Shown here: one piece after another, positions 12,470 through 25,465 of the stretch
Numbering within the stretch: position 1 is the stretch's first letter
Layout: each line of letters opens with the position of its first letter
DNA from: Lama glama
Lineage: Eukaryota
Direction of reading: 5' to 3'
NCBI GenBank assembly: GCA_028534125.1
Contig: CM052817.1
Location: 11,286,001-11,350,000 of the forward strand
DNA length: 64,000 bases
Notes under the pieces: model-generated
Database searches by the model: none
What the model was told of the DNA's origin: nothing
What the model saw: only the letters and a program-made list of their open reading frames with translations
Made by a program: the position numbers and the translations under genes

Positions 12470-12915
12470 TTTGTTTTAACATTAATAGATTCATTGAAAT
12501 ATAATTCTTGAGACCATACAATTCACCCATTTGAAGTATACAGTTCAGTGGCTTTTAGTATATTCAGAGCTGTGTAACTATCACTACAGTGGACTTAAGA
12601 ATATTCTCATTACTCTAAATAGAAACCCTGTATCCCTTAGTCACTACCCACCCTTGCACTTTGTATCATGTTTTATTTACCCATTCTTCAGTTGATGGAC
12701 ATTTAGTTTAATTTCCACTTTTTCGCTATTATGAATAATGTTGCTCTGAATACTGTGTACACGTTAATTCCTCCTGGGTATATACCTAGGCGTGGGAATT
12801 GCTGGCTCATAGGATAACTCTGTTTAACTGTTTGAGGACCTGCCAAACTGTTTTCCAAAGGAGCTGCAACACTGCACATTCCCACCAGCAGTGGAGGAGG
12901 GTGTGATTCAAATTT
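12470..12915 (-). mobile_element. Old L1 3' fragment
   Basis: Antisense L1 3'-region motifs (aattcacccatttgaagtatacagttcagtgg; gatggacatttag; ttttccaaagga..cattcccaccagcagtg). Confidence 0.8.
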
Positions 12916-13788
12916 AACATCCCCTTGGCTGCTGCGTGGAGACAAGGACTGGAGCAAGGCTTGAGGGGAAGTGCGGAGACCAGAATGGTTATGCAAAGGT
13001 GGAGGCATCTTAGTAGGGTTCAAAGACACCCAATTTTAAGGCGTACTTCATCCTCTTTTACGGCAAAAAGATTTTTGTGAGACAGCCGTCAGTACGCCAT
13101 GAATCACACCGTTAAATTAAAAGATTCCAATGGAGAGGGCTTGCTGAAACAGATCTGCAGTTTTCAAATCTAGAATCCTAAAGCAGACTGGTATGGAACT
13201 GTTTAAACATCTGTCCCCACACAAGCTCCTGCAAGCAGAAGGGTATTTTCCGAGAAGCTAAGGGAGTCAGGGGGTGCAATAAAACTTTCACACCTTCAAG
13301 CCATAAAAACACAGGACTCCAGCGGCAGCCGGGGACTCCTGAGGCAGCAGGCATCCTTCCTACTGCCCAGGAACCCTGCCCCGGCCTCTCCGGCCAGAGA
13401 AGGGTTTTGTTCCCAGCGGCTGGTTTTGACAACTGGGTGGCGGTTCTCTCTGCAATTCTTCTAGCTCTGGAACGGAAGGGAAACCAACATCTATCAAGCT
13501 TATGATATGCCCTCCCCCTGGGGTGAGATGCTCCACTTACGTTCCTTAAGTCAGTGAACCCACACAGCAAATCACCAGGGAAGAGAGAACAACTTATCTC
13601 TATTACAGACAAGGCAGATTGGCTCCTTTGAACTGAAAAGTCAGAAAAGGTCTCTCTGAGGAGACAGCAGTTTAGCTGATACAAGCCCTGCAGGGATCAG
13701 GAGGAAGAGCGTGCCAAGGGTAACCCCCAAATTGTCTGTTCGCTCTCCAGGTGGCCTCATGTTTATTCTCTTTTAATTTTCATTTACA

Positions 13789-13899
13789 ATTTTTTTTCAG
13801 TCATTCATGGACATATACACATATACAAAAATTGTGCTGAACACTGGAATTTGACACAACATTGTAAAATGATTATAAATCAATAAAAAATTTTTAAAA
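13789..13899 (+). mobile_element. Very short young L1 3'-end insertion with a 5' inversion
   Basis: Perfect 14-bp TSD aattttcatttaca (13775-13788, 13900-13913). Forward tail ..gacacaacattgtaaaatgattataaatcaataaaaaa. Segment 13789-13826 is reverse-complement L1-tail sequence. Confidence 0.8.
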
Positions 13900-14008
13900 A
13901 ATTTTCATTTACATGTATTAGTATAAATAAGAGTAAGAAGTGTCCGTTTAGAAATAGATCTTAAATTCATTTAAAAGATAACTTGGAGTAGAAATTATAA
14001 TTCTTTTT

Positions 14009-14160
14009 TTTCTTCTTTTTAGAATCTTCTTTAATTTATATATTTTTGGGGGTCATTAGGTTTATTTATTATTTTTTTTTTTAGGAGTACTGGGGATTGA
14101 ACCCAGGACCTCGTGCATTCTAAGCACATGCTCTACCACTTGAGCTATACCATTCTCCCC
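14009..14160 (-). mobile_element. tRNA-Ala-derived SINE (camelid type)
   Basis: Antisense head ggagtactggggattgaacccagg..ctctaccacttgagctataccattctcccc with T-rich tail. TSD ataattcttttt (13997-14008, 14161-14172). Confidence 0.92.
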
Positions 14161-16999
14161 ATAATTCTTTTTCCTTAATATTTCTGATTTTCTACTCAGG
14201 GCCTAATCTCCATAACAGCACTGTCCCTGTTCCCTCCCTACACAATCCACTGTCTCCCCCACATCCAACATGACTGTCTCCACTAATGTATCTTCACAGA
14301 CCTTGGTAAGGTTCTGGGACACGGGGAGACACAGCTCTCTTGGTCTGACGGTGCTACTATTCTGGAAGTGGTGTCTCTGACCTCCAGAATTTCCAACAGG
14401 AGGAAGGAAGGATCTACAGATCGATATCAGGTTAAAATGCTTTCCCAAAGGACAGAATTCATTTTTTACTACAACACTTTACCAAATTCCTCAAAATGGA
14501 ACTCATCCTAAAATCTGTGTGTTGGGTCTTCAGGAAAGTCCAATAAACAAAATCCTTCTTTCCCACTGAACTAACTAAAATACAAGACCAATGCATAAAG
14601 CCAAAATATCACATGACTGGTAAGATTCATACTAGAGATTGTGGCTTACGTCCATTGGCACGCTGGACTCTTGATATTTACCCACCCAGTCACAACGCTG
14701 GGCCCGGGCAGTTCTCCCCAGGACTGCGCCTCCCCCTGCACAATCGATGGCATGGCCGCAGGGTAGGGTGTGTACTTCTATGGGCAGGTCACTCCATGAG
14801 AAAGGAGGGAGAAAGAGGAAAGAATTCTGCAGACCCTGCTCCTGCCCTCAGCCTCACCAATTACATCCATGTTTCCCCTCGCCTGGGAAAGTGTACTAAA
14901 GATGGCTGAGGGAGGTTACGGAAACACAAGGATGACCAGGGAAGACGCATCAGTGGCACACACCCCTCACACCAGGTTCTGGAGGTCCTGGTTCTGTCAC
15001 TACATCCTAATGTGATGTCGGGCAAGAATGTTGACCCTTTCCTGGGTCTCAGATTTTTCTTCTCTCAACTGGAGGTGGTGTTCCTCTCCGTGCCACGCGG
15101 AACTGCTGGGCACACGGAGGATAAGGAAGTACGTCAAAGGCTTTGCAAGGAACACAGACACTGGGGAATCACATGGAGCCACGAATGTACAGAAGCTGCA
15201 GTCACTTGATTCCACTGTAGCCCTTATACGGTCTTCCTAGATCCTGGCAGACATCATCTAAGAAGGGTGACTGACAGGGTCCCTCAGGGTTGTCTTACTC
15301 CTTATACTTCTAGCTTGGCAGCTTCTGTCACTAAGAAGACGGCTCATGGCCTCTTGGGTACTTTTCCTCTAATTGCTCCAGATGAGAGGTGGTCCCACAG
15401 GTGTATTGTTGTCATCCTTGTGGGCTGGGTTCCCGAGAGTCAGCCTTCAGTTAGAGGGATGGTTCATGAAGCGGGAACGCGTGCCTTCCCTCTCATTTTC
15501 ATGTTCTAATATGAAAGGGTCTTTTGCTAAAACTTGTATTTGGTAGCAGACACTCTACTCCTCTTCAAAAGTTGGAACTGGGGAATCTCTGGGTATAAGG
15601 GATGCCAACTTTTCTGGGCATGAGGACGTGGAGAGAGCTACAAAAGGAAAAAAAGGCTGGAGACTTCTGGGAAGGTGCAAAATAGAGGCTGGCTGGACCA
15701 GCCTGGGGACAGGGCTGAGCACACTGCCTGATGCTTTCAAGACCAAAGCATCCCACAGGTTTTAAAGGATTTGGAACCTCCTGTTCTCCCAATTAACCCC
15801 TCTGTGCCCACTCTATTGTTTCAACTTTTAGTTGTTTTGTTTGTTTGTTTGTTTAATCTTTAGTTGTTCAAAACCGGTGGTTCTCAACCCTGTGTGAATG
15901 CTAGCGCTCCTGGGGGGCTTTGAGAAAATAGCAGGGCCTGTCACTTCTCTCCCCTCCTTCTAAGATGACCACCGGGGACTTGTATGCTTTTTGTTTGCTT
16001 GTTCTTAGCTTTTCTTTAGAAATAATTTCAGACACAGGAGAAAAAACTGCCAGCAAAAGAACAGTTCAAAGAACATCACATACTCCTTACTCAGGTTCAC
16101 TTATTCTTAACATTTTGTTCCATTTGTTTTATCCTTTGCTCTGTTTCTATTTTCCCTTTCCTCTATTTTATTTATAAGGTAAAATTCTCTGGGAATAAGA
16201 CATCACATTCACTTCCTTAAAAGTAAGACATAGTTCAAGGTACATTTCCTCAAAATGAGGGTATTTGCCCACATAGCCACAGGATACATGTCAACCCCAG
16301 CAAATCTAACATTGATACAAATACTTTCATTTTCTCTGTCATCTGTTCAGTTTGTCACCTGACCCAACCATCTCCTTGTAGCATGTTTCCCTCCAGGATA
16401 GAATCCAGGCTAGGATCAGGCACTGCATTTAGCTGTCTTCTCACTGGTGTGGTCTTAAAAGCTCTCCCGGTGATTTTAATGTGCCTCTTGGATTTGGGAC
16501 CACTGTGTAAGTGAATATTTACTACATCAACACTTAGAGAGTGTTTACCAGGTGCAAAGGATTGTGAATAAATGAAGGAGCTTATTACTTTAAGGGACAT
16601 ACTATATACAAACAAACTGTAATATCAGATGGATAAGTATGATAAAAGAAATATAAACCAAATCTTTAGGAGGAAACTTTAATTAAATTTAACAAGCCTA
16701 CTGAAGGTCTACTATGTGCCAGGCATTGTATGAACTCCTACAAAAACAGATTAATAAGAAAAACATAATGCATACACGATTAATAATTAATGAATACATG
16801 ATTAATTACAAGAGTGAGGTTTTTCTTGGGGGAAGTGAGACTTAAAAGACAAGTAGGATTCAATTTTTAGAGATGAAGCCATTTCACAAGAGCAAAAATA
16901 GGAATATGAGTGCATAGCAAGGCAAGGAAAGGACTGCACGTAACAAAGGATTTGAGAACTGGGTGCATGGGGTTGTACTAGATCTTCCCGGAAAAGTAG

Positions 17000-17630
17000 G
17001 CTGGAAAATGCAAGATGGTACAGCCACTTTTGGAAAATAGTTTGGTAGTTTCTTAAAAAGTCAAACATAAACTTACCATACAGCCCAACAATTCCATTCC
17101 ATAGGTATTTTTTCAAGAGTAACAAAAATTTGTGTGCATGAATGTAATATTCATAGCAGCATTACTCATAGGAGTCCCAAAGTGGAAACAATCCAAATGC
17201 CTATTAACTGGAGAATGGATAATCAGAAAATGGCATAGCTGTACAATGGGGTACTCTGAGTAATAAAAGGGAGTGAATGAATGGTATATGCTCCAACAAT
17301 CGATGAACCTCAAAAACATGCTAAGATTTAGCAACTAAGTGAAAAAAGCCAGATGGAAATACCACATGTTATATCATTTCACTGATATGAAATGTCTGGA
17401 AAAGACAACTTTATAGAGACAGAAAGTAGATTAATGGTTTCCTGGCATTAGTGTGGGAATAGGGACTGACTATAAATGGATACAAAGGATGGTGACAGAA
17501 ATGTCCTAAAACTGGATTATGGTTATGGTGCAACACGTCTGTAAAGTTACTAAAAAATGTAGAATTGTATGTACACTTAGATGAATTTCATACTATGTAA
17601 ATTATATTTCAAGACAACTATAAAAATTAA
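17000..17630 (+). mobile_element. Old L1 3' region
   Basis: ggtacagccactttttggaaaatagtttgg..ttcatagcagcatta..tggaaacaatccaaatg..gagacagaaagtagattaatgg. Confidence 0.8.
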
Positions 17631-17639
17631 GAAGGGATC

Positions 17640-18930
17640 AAAATCAGACAGAAAGGAAATAAGAACAGCAATCGTAGAAATCAAAAGGTAATTCTAAAAC
17701 TAAACAGGTGCAAAAGGCTCTGGACTGGACAAATTATTTAGAGGATTGGCAAATAGGAAGACAGGATTAAGGATTTCACCAGGATACAACAGAGACAAAA
17801 AAAATTTAATAACATTTCAGAATATAGATGGAGAGGCTTCATCCAGAAAAATGAATGGAGGCAATGGCAGAGAAACAATATTTGAAGAGAAAAACAACAA
17901 TTTTCCAGAATTAAAGAGAGCGCAGCATCTTCAATAGAAAGTACACTCACAACTAGAGAGTTCTAGTGAAACTGCTAAACACCAAAATAAACACACACAG
18001 ATCTTAAATGTGATCAAGAGAAAAGGCAGGTTACCTACAAAGGAATGAAAATTTGATTGGCAGTAGGATTTTTACCAGCATCAATTACTACCAGAAGATA
18101 GTAAGGCCCTATCATCATTGTGCTATGGGAAAAGAACTGTTCACCAGAGCTTCTATCCAAATAAGTGACCATCCAACCATGAGAGCAAAACAAAGACATT
18201 TTCAAACATACAAAGAATTCTTTCCCCCAGCAAGACCTCTACAGAAAGAACTATTAAAGGATGAACTTCAACTAGAACAAAAGTGAACCCAAAAAGACTT
18301 TAGATTCAAGAAAAAAAAGTAGCAAGTAGAAGAATTGGTGAAATGTTAGTACATTTAATTAATGCGACTATAAAAACGATTTTTAAATGTAAGAAAGTAA
18401 AAAGCAAGACGACAATGACAAGATGGGAAAGGGGAGGGCTGTTACCTGGGTAGAGTACGCAGAGCTCTTTTGTAGGAAGAAAGAATTCCATGATGATTTT
18501 GTTAGAAAAATTATGGTTAAATATGTATGTGGAAACATAAAAGACCATTCTGAGAAGGAAAGGAATAATGCCTGAAGCCCTCAAACCAGCAGTGGAAAAG
18601 GAGGAAATGTAGATCAGTTAACTAATCCAAGAGGAAGCTGGGATGGAGAAAAAGGAAGAATAAAAAATGATAGAAAATGAAAAGCACAAAATATTACAGA
18701 AGAATAAGCCCCAATATATTAGTAATCACAATAAATGCACATGGGTTAAGTTTACCTATCAGAGATACAACTAAAATAAAGCTTATAGAATGATTAAGTA
18801 TACATAAAGAGATGAAAAATAGGACAAACAGTAGCCAAAAGAAAGGAGGCATATTAATATCAATATTAAAAATGTCTAATTTAAGCAATGAGCATGAAAA
18901 ATGGTAAAGAGAGGCACTACATAATAAGAA
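17640..18930 (+). mobile_element. Ancient L1 ORF1 remnant and ORF2 endonuclease start
   Basis: ORF1-like ETIFEE..NFPELK (ORF 17746-17937). EN-like ITINAHGL at about 18724-18747. A-rich sense strand. Confidence 0.65.
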
Positions 18931-20559
18931 TCAAGCGTGATTTCTAGTGCAGAATATACTTTGAGAAACACTCACTACCTACTATGTGCTAGGGATCGTG
19001 GCTGCTTTCTTCACTGCCGTATCCTCAGTGCTTGGCACACAGTGTGCCATAAATATTAATGGGCAGAATGATGAACATTACCACATTACATGAAAATGAT
19101 CTGTTGATACATTTGTCATATCACATGGGCAGGGGCCCTGTCTTACTCAGTTTCATGCCCTCAATATTGAGCACAGTGCCGGGCACACAGTAGGGACTCC
19201 ATAAATTCAAACTGAGTTCAAGGTTCATCTCTTTCATAAAAATCTCTCCTAACTGTTCTTACTCATAATGGTTTATCGTTTCTTTCTACTTTTACAGTAC
19301 TCACAAATTGAAATACCCAGTTTAACTGATTATATAGCAGGGACTTTGAGTTTTCTCTCCAACCTTGTTTCTCCAAAAATATTTTAGGTTCTTTGAAGAC
19401 AGAGAGGATGCCTTATACTGTGCCCAGCACTGCAAATCAATACTTTTTTGGAGTCAATATCACCATTCAGATGAATGTAGGTTAGATCAGCGGTGCCAGC
19501 AGCACATGCCAAGGCCTCCAAGGAGTATCTTCATTTCTCTTTTTCCACCCTTGACTAAAGAGATGGCTGTTAGGATAAAGGTTCATATGCAAAAAATGTG
19601 GAGAAGTGAATGGGAGGGGTGGGGGAAGGCCACTAGTGTCCAATTCCAAGCCTCTGTGCTCTCTTCCTTCTGGCAAAAGAGTCAGGAAGGAAAAAGCCTG
19701 TAATTCCACAAAAATGGGGGTGTGGGGAAGTGGGAAAGTGAGTGTGGGGAAGTGGGAGGGAGAGAGGAAAGAGAGCAAGTCCCATAACAGAACCTGGACC
19801 CGACCTTCCACTAGCAGGCATTCTAGCAGGAGTTTATTATGAGATCCGCAGGAAACCCCAAGGCAAAGAGCTAAATCCAGACACCCGGGACCGAGTATAG
19901 AAGACAGAGAGGGGCGTTGTTTTCCCTCTACACACAAGGCACAAGAGGGGAACCCACCACAAGAAGCTCCTAATTGGCAGGCTTCGGGAGAGGGTAGGAG
20001 TTAACAAAGGGCAGGGTGGTATCTTCCTGCTTCAGAAGGAGGACAACACAGCCCCCGAGGTTCAGTCAGGGCCCCAGGATGAGGTAGGGCGAGGGGCTGG
20101 CTGATCCCCCCCCCCCCACAAGGTCCTTTGTAATCCCGTAATTAAATGGTGAATCGTTCACTTCCTCATTTATGCTCGCTCCCGCACACGTCTAAACCCA
20201 ATTTGATAGTAAGTCCCCTGGGCTGCCTTCCAGGTTGAGTAAGGCGCCACGCAAGCTGCTGGTACTCAACAAATGACTCAAATATTTATTGAATGAAGGA
20301 ATAAATGTATCAAGTGTTTAAATAGCCCACATGACCTCCTCCCCGCCTGTAAAGTACGGCGATGAATGAAATCACAACATTCCAGGCACGATCACTTGAA
20401 CAGAGCCGGCAAAGGAAAACACACACACACACACCCACAGCACTGATTCAACTCGATTCACATTTGCATCTTGCAAGTACAGACCTCCTGCTCAGCTTGC
20501 AAGCTGTAGGAGTTTCCTTGGCAAGAATTCTCTCTCAGCTGCCTCACGGTGGTGCCTCC

Positions 20560-21720
<1,161 letters not shown>

Positions 21721-23777
21721 GGACGAGAAAGAGCAGAATGTGTGTGAGGGAATGTGTAGCGTGGGAATACTCGCATATTTAGAGTATTTTCTGCAGAGAA
21801 AAGGCCAAACACAGGGGTAGAGAGGATGGTGGCAGTTGTGGGAAAAGAGGAAGTCAAGAGGAATGGAGGAGTAACTGAGTAAAGATGGAACTGAAAGGCT
21901 AGGTAAACCGATCCCAGTGAAAGTGAAGTGACTCATCCACACACTAGGCCACCGGCCGACTGGAGCCAGAATCCTGTCGAGCCTGGATTACGAGCTGGTG
22001 TCTTTTTTCGTTTGTTTGGCGAGTCGAGGGGTTAGCGGGCCAAATTTCTTTGTGGCTTGCTTCCTCTGGGTTCAAACAGTGGACTTTGGGGAAAGTGACA
22101 ACACCCTGATCAGAAGTTCCTTAAGTGTGAAATAATAGCATCAAAATTATTAGCCATTTGCATGGTTAATATATTCCATATTACAAACTGCTTTATATCA
22201 AGAGTTTTAATAATCTTGATAAATAAAATAAGCAAACCTCAAAGGGTCTCAGAAACCACAGTCCCATCCCTCAATACTGCAGGTAATAATTCCCATTTTT
22301 ATAGATGAGGAAATAGACACTGAAAAGTTGTACCAAATAAGGCAATTAAAAGTAGCAGAGTTGTGTCTGAAACTGAGATATTCCTATTCTAACTTCCTTA
22401 CTTTTGCCCCAGTACATTACACTATTTAGGCATGGCCAACCTGGGTTTTTGCTCCTACTTTATCCTCTTAGGTTACCTCTCCAGGACAACCCCCGCCCCC
22501 TTCAACTCAGTTAGAAAACAGAATGCCTGAATCAGGAGGCACTGCCAGGAGGTTGATGTAGACTCTTGGTTCTATCCTAGATTCCCTGAGTCAAAATCTC
22601 TGGAGTTGAGGATCTAGAACCCACATTTTAAAGGATCTTCCTATTTAATTCCAAATCGCATATTTAAAGTATTTTCTGCAGGGTCATACTAAATTTTACA
22701 GGAATTCAACCACTGTGTAAACTAGAGGAAAATTAGCCTTTTTGGTTCAGAACTTTACAAAAAATTGTTCACCATTGTGGAAAATCACATCATCATGGCC
22801 TTGTGGCTCACAGTATTTGGTTCCTGACACAACACACTTGTAACTCCATGTTCACGGTGAGTCTGCCATGTAAACATCTGAGTGCTACATTATGTCGTAA
22901 AGATAATCAAACCAGAGCATCCCGTATTGAAACATATGATTTAATTATAATTGCTTTCCTTTTATTCCCTCTTTATATTACTGTCAGGAAATTATACTGA
23001 TTTTCAAAATGCATTTACTAATTTAAGAAACTGTGAATTTCAAGATAGTAACATGAATGTTATAGAAAAGATGATATTGAACGTGAACAGGATGGAGAAC
23101 TGCTGCTCTTGATGGTCTTATACACACTAAAGTTCAGTAATATTGCCATCTGACCCCAACTCTTAGTTATTCAATTATGATCTTATTAAGTCTGGGGGTG
23201 AAAATATTTTCCGGTGGGATATCTGAAACTTTCAACTTTATAATGGAAGACAGTGGGGAAAGCAGATTCCCTTATCAGGCTTTGTTGCAATGTAGTTTCT
23301 GTAATCAAGGTACCACAAGCTGGCCTGTCTTGGAAGGAGTCCTCTGCAGTTGCTGGGGTTTTCTGGCACTGTGACCTTTCACACTGTTAGGAATGAAATA
23401 GAGGGCAGAAGAAGATTAAGCACCGTCTAACACAGGGCTGAAAAGTATTTGTTAGCCCACTAAAGTTATCTTGGCATTGTGCTATGCCCTTTGCACGTGT
23501 TTTTACCCCCGACAAAGACACTTACTATCCTCATTCTACAGACTAGAAAATTGGTGCGAATGGATGCTAAGTACCCAATTTTATACAGCTGGTATAAATA
23601 TAATGGAGCTGGGTCTATCTGACTTTAAGGGCTATTATTTCCACAGCACAAAGAACAATGCTGGTGATCTGAAACTTTTAAAAACCAGAATCAATTTTTT
23701 TTTTTAGATTATAAACTTACAAGCTTTTTAAAATAGCTGATGCTGATGCTGGAACTATTTATCTCATTCTTTGCAGC

Positions 23778-23868
23778 TCTTTTTTTTTCAAATTGAAGTA
23801 CAGTCAGTTACAATGTGCCAATTTCTGTATAGCACAATGTCCCAGTCGTGCACATACAAACATATATT
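23778..23868 (-). mobile_element. Short L1 3'-end fragment
   Basis: Poly-T followed by aattgaagtacagtcagttacaatgtgccaatttctg..gcacaatgtcccagtc; same tail family as 49345-49599. Confidence 0.75.
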
Positions 23869-25076
23869 AAAGACCTATATTCCCATCTTTAATAGCCATT
23901 ATTGCATTATATACAACATATTTACCCTATCTCTTATTGAACAATTCTTTTATTTTTCTTATGTTTTAAGCAAAATGTTTCACATGTTTATAATGTATAT
24001 TTGCTGTATCATGAGAATATTCAGTTCTGTTCTAAAGGACAAGAAAAACAAAAAGGATATATGAAATTTATGTTGGATAGCACTCTTAAAATGTGTTAAG
24101 TACAGAGAACATACTGTAAGACACGATACAGATAGAATGGAATATATGTAAAAAGAAGGAAACAAACAAGAGTGTTACTAACGGGTGGGAAAAGATGGAA
24201 AGGCCAAATTGTAAGGTAAAGATGATGCCACCTTCAGGCTGACAGCCGTATCATCCCTAAAATGCCATTCATTGTTGGCACTCATTTGGGCCCCATGTAC
24301 GTTCTGCCCCAGAAACACAGATGAAAAACATCACTTTCAGCAGGCATACCTGCCCCTGAACATTTCTAACAGAGCAAGCACCTATTGACTCTAGGCTCCC
24401 CTCATCTGCTGAACCTCCATTTTCAATTTCAGCTGTGGTTCTCATGACCACATTTTCAGAAGTGAAGGCTGGTGCAGCAGACAGGACATAACAACACTGC
24501 ATACTATAGGACCCAGGTAATGTGGTCCTCCCACCTCCCCAGTACCCTATCCTAAGTGTCTTAACCTTCACTATACTTTCTGACAGACTTATTTAAAAGT
24601 GATTCAATAAACCTTGTGATATGAGCATTTAAATTTGGGCTGTGAAGTTTCCTGTCCATGACATTTGGGATAGCCTGCCTGGTAGTATATTTGAAGGTGA
24701 CCATTGCATCAAGGTAACTTCCTTCAAGACATCATACATATATCTTTGCACAGATGTGCAAGTATTTCCATAGGAATAAATCCTAGAATAAGCCAGTTTC
24801 AAAGAGTAAGCAAATTTTAAATGTGGATATATTTTTCTATACTGTTCTGCAGAAGTTATTTCAACTTATAATCATTAATAGTGCATAAAAATGTGTGTCT
24901 TCCCATACCCTTGCCAAAACAGCTGCTGTGGATCTTGAAATATCTTCCAATTTAAAAGGTGAAGAGTGTCTCCCTTACACCATTTGTTCGATTGCTGTTG
25001 AAACACCTTTCCACAAGTTGATCAGTCAGTGGAATTAAACCTTTTGTGCATTGTTTCTGCCTGGCTTTCTTCCTTA

Positions 25077-25465
25077 TGTTAAAATAATCTTTTATGCCCA
25101 AGATGAAGCCGTTACTATGCAGGATGCCATGTCAGCAAACCAAGACTAAGGTAATTTTTGTGTCCCCGTAAATGCTCTATGTGATCAGAAACACAGGATA
25201 TCCAGTCAGCCAATCCCCAAATGCCAAGCCAATTCCAAGCTCTGTACTTAGTTCCTTGTTCCTTCTTACTCCAAACAAGGTTGTGAGGTGGCATCAGCCA
25301 ATCAGATATTTTCTAATTTTCTCTTCCTTGTTCTTTATTCTTTATCCTATAAAAGCTTCCTGTCTTTCACCCCATTTTACAGCCTCTGAATGGAGACTCT
25401 TCATTTCATAAAGTACTAAAGTTTGTTTGTATTACCTAAATTGTCTTCTTTAATCATTTTTAACC
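25077..25465 (+). mobile_element. ERV1-like solo LTR inside an old antisense L1
   Basis: Inverted termini TGTTAAAA...TTTTAAC(C). 4-bp TSD ctta (25073-25076, 25466-25469). Three CCAAT boxes and TATAAAA at 25348-25354. Confidence 0.75.

Noticed and set aside
13178..13684. 168-aa minus-strand ORF as a FAM184B exon
   Set aside because: Non-ATG start, no coiled-coil character and no match to the expected continuation VIYALNTR. No downstream FAM184B exon was found in 1-20722.
10247..14160. Four tRNA-Ala(AGC)-like sequences as tRNA genes
   Set aside because: Each has an A-rich tail or L1-derived body, target-site duplications and stem mismatches. They are SINEs.
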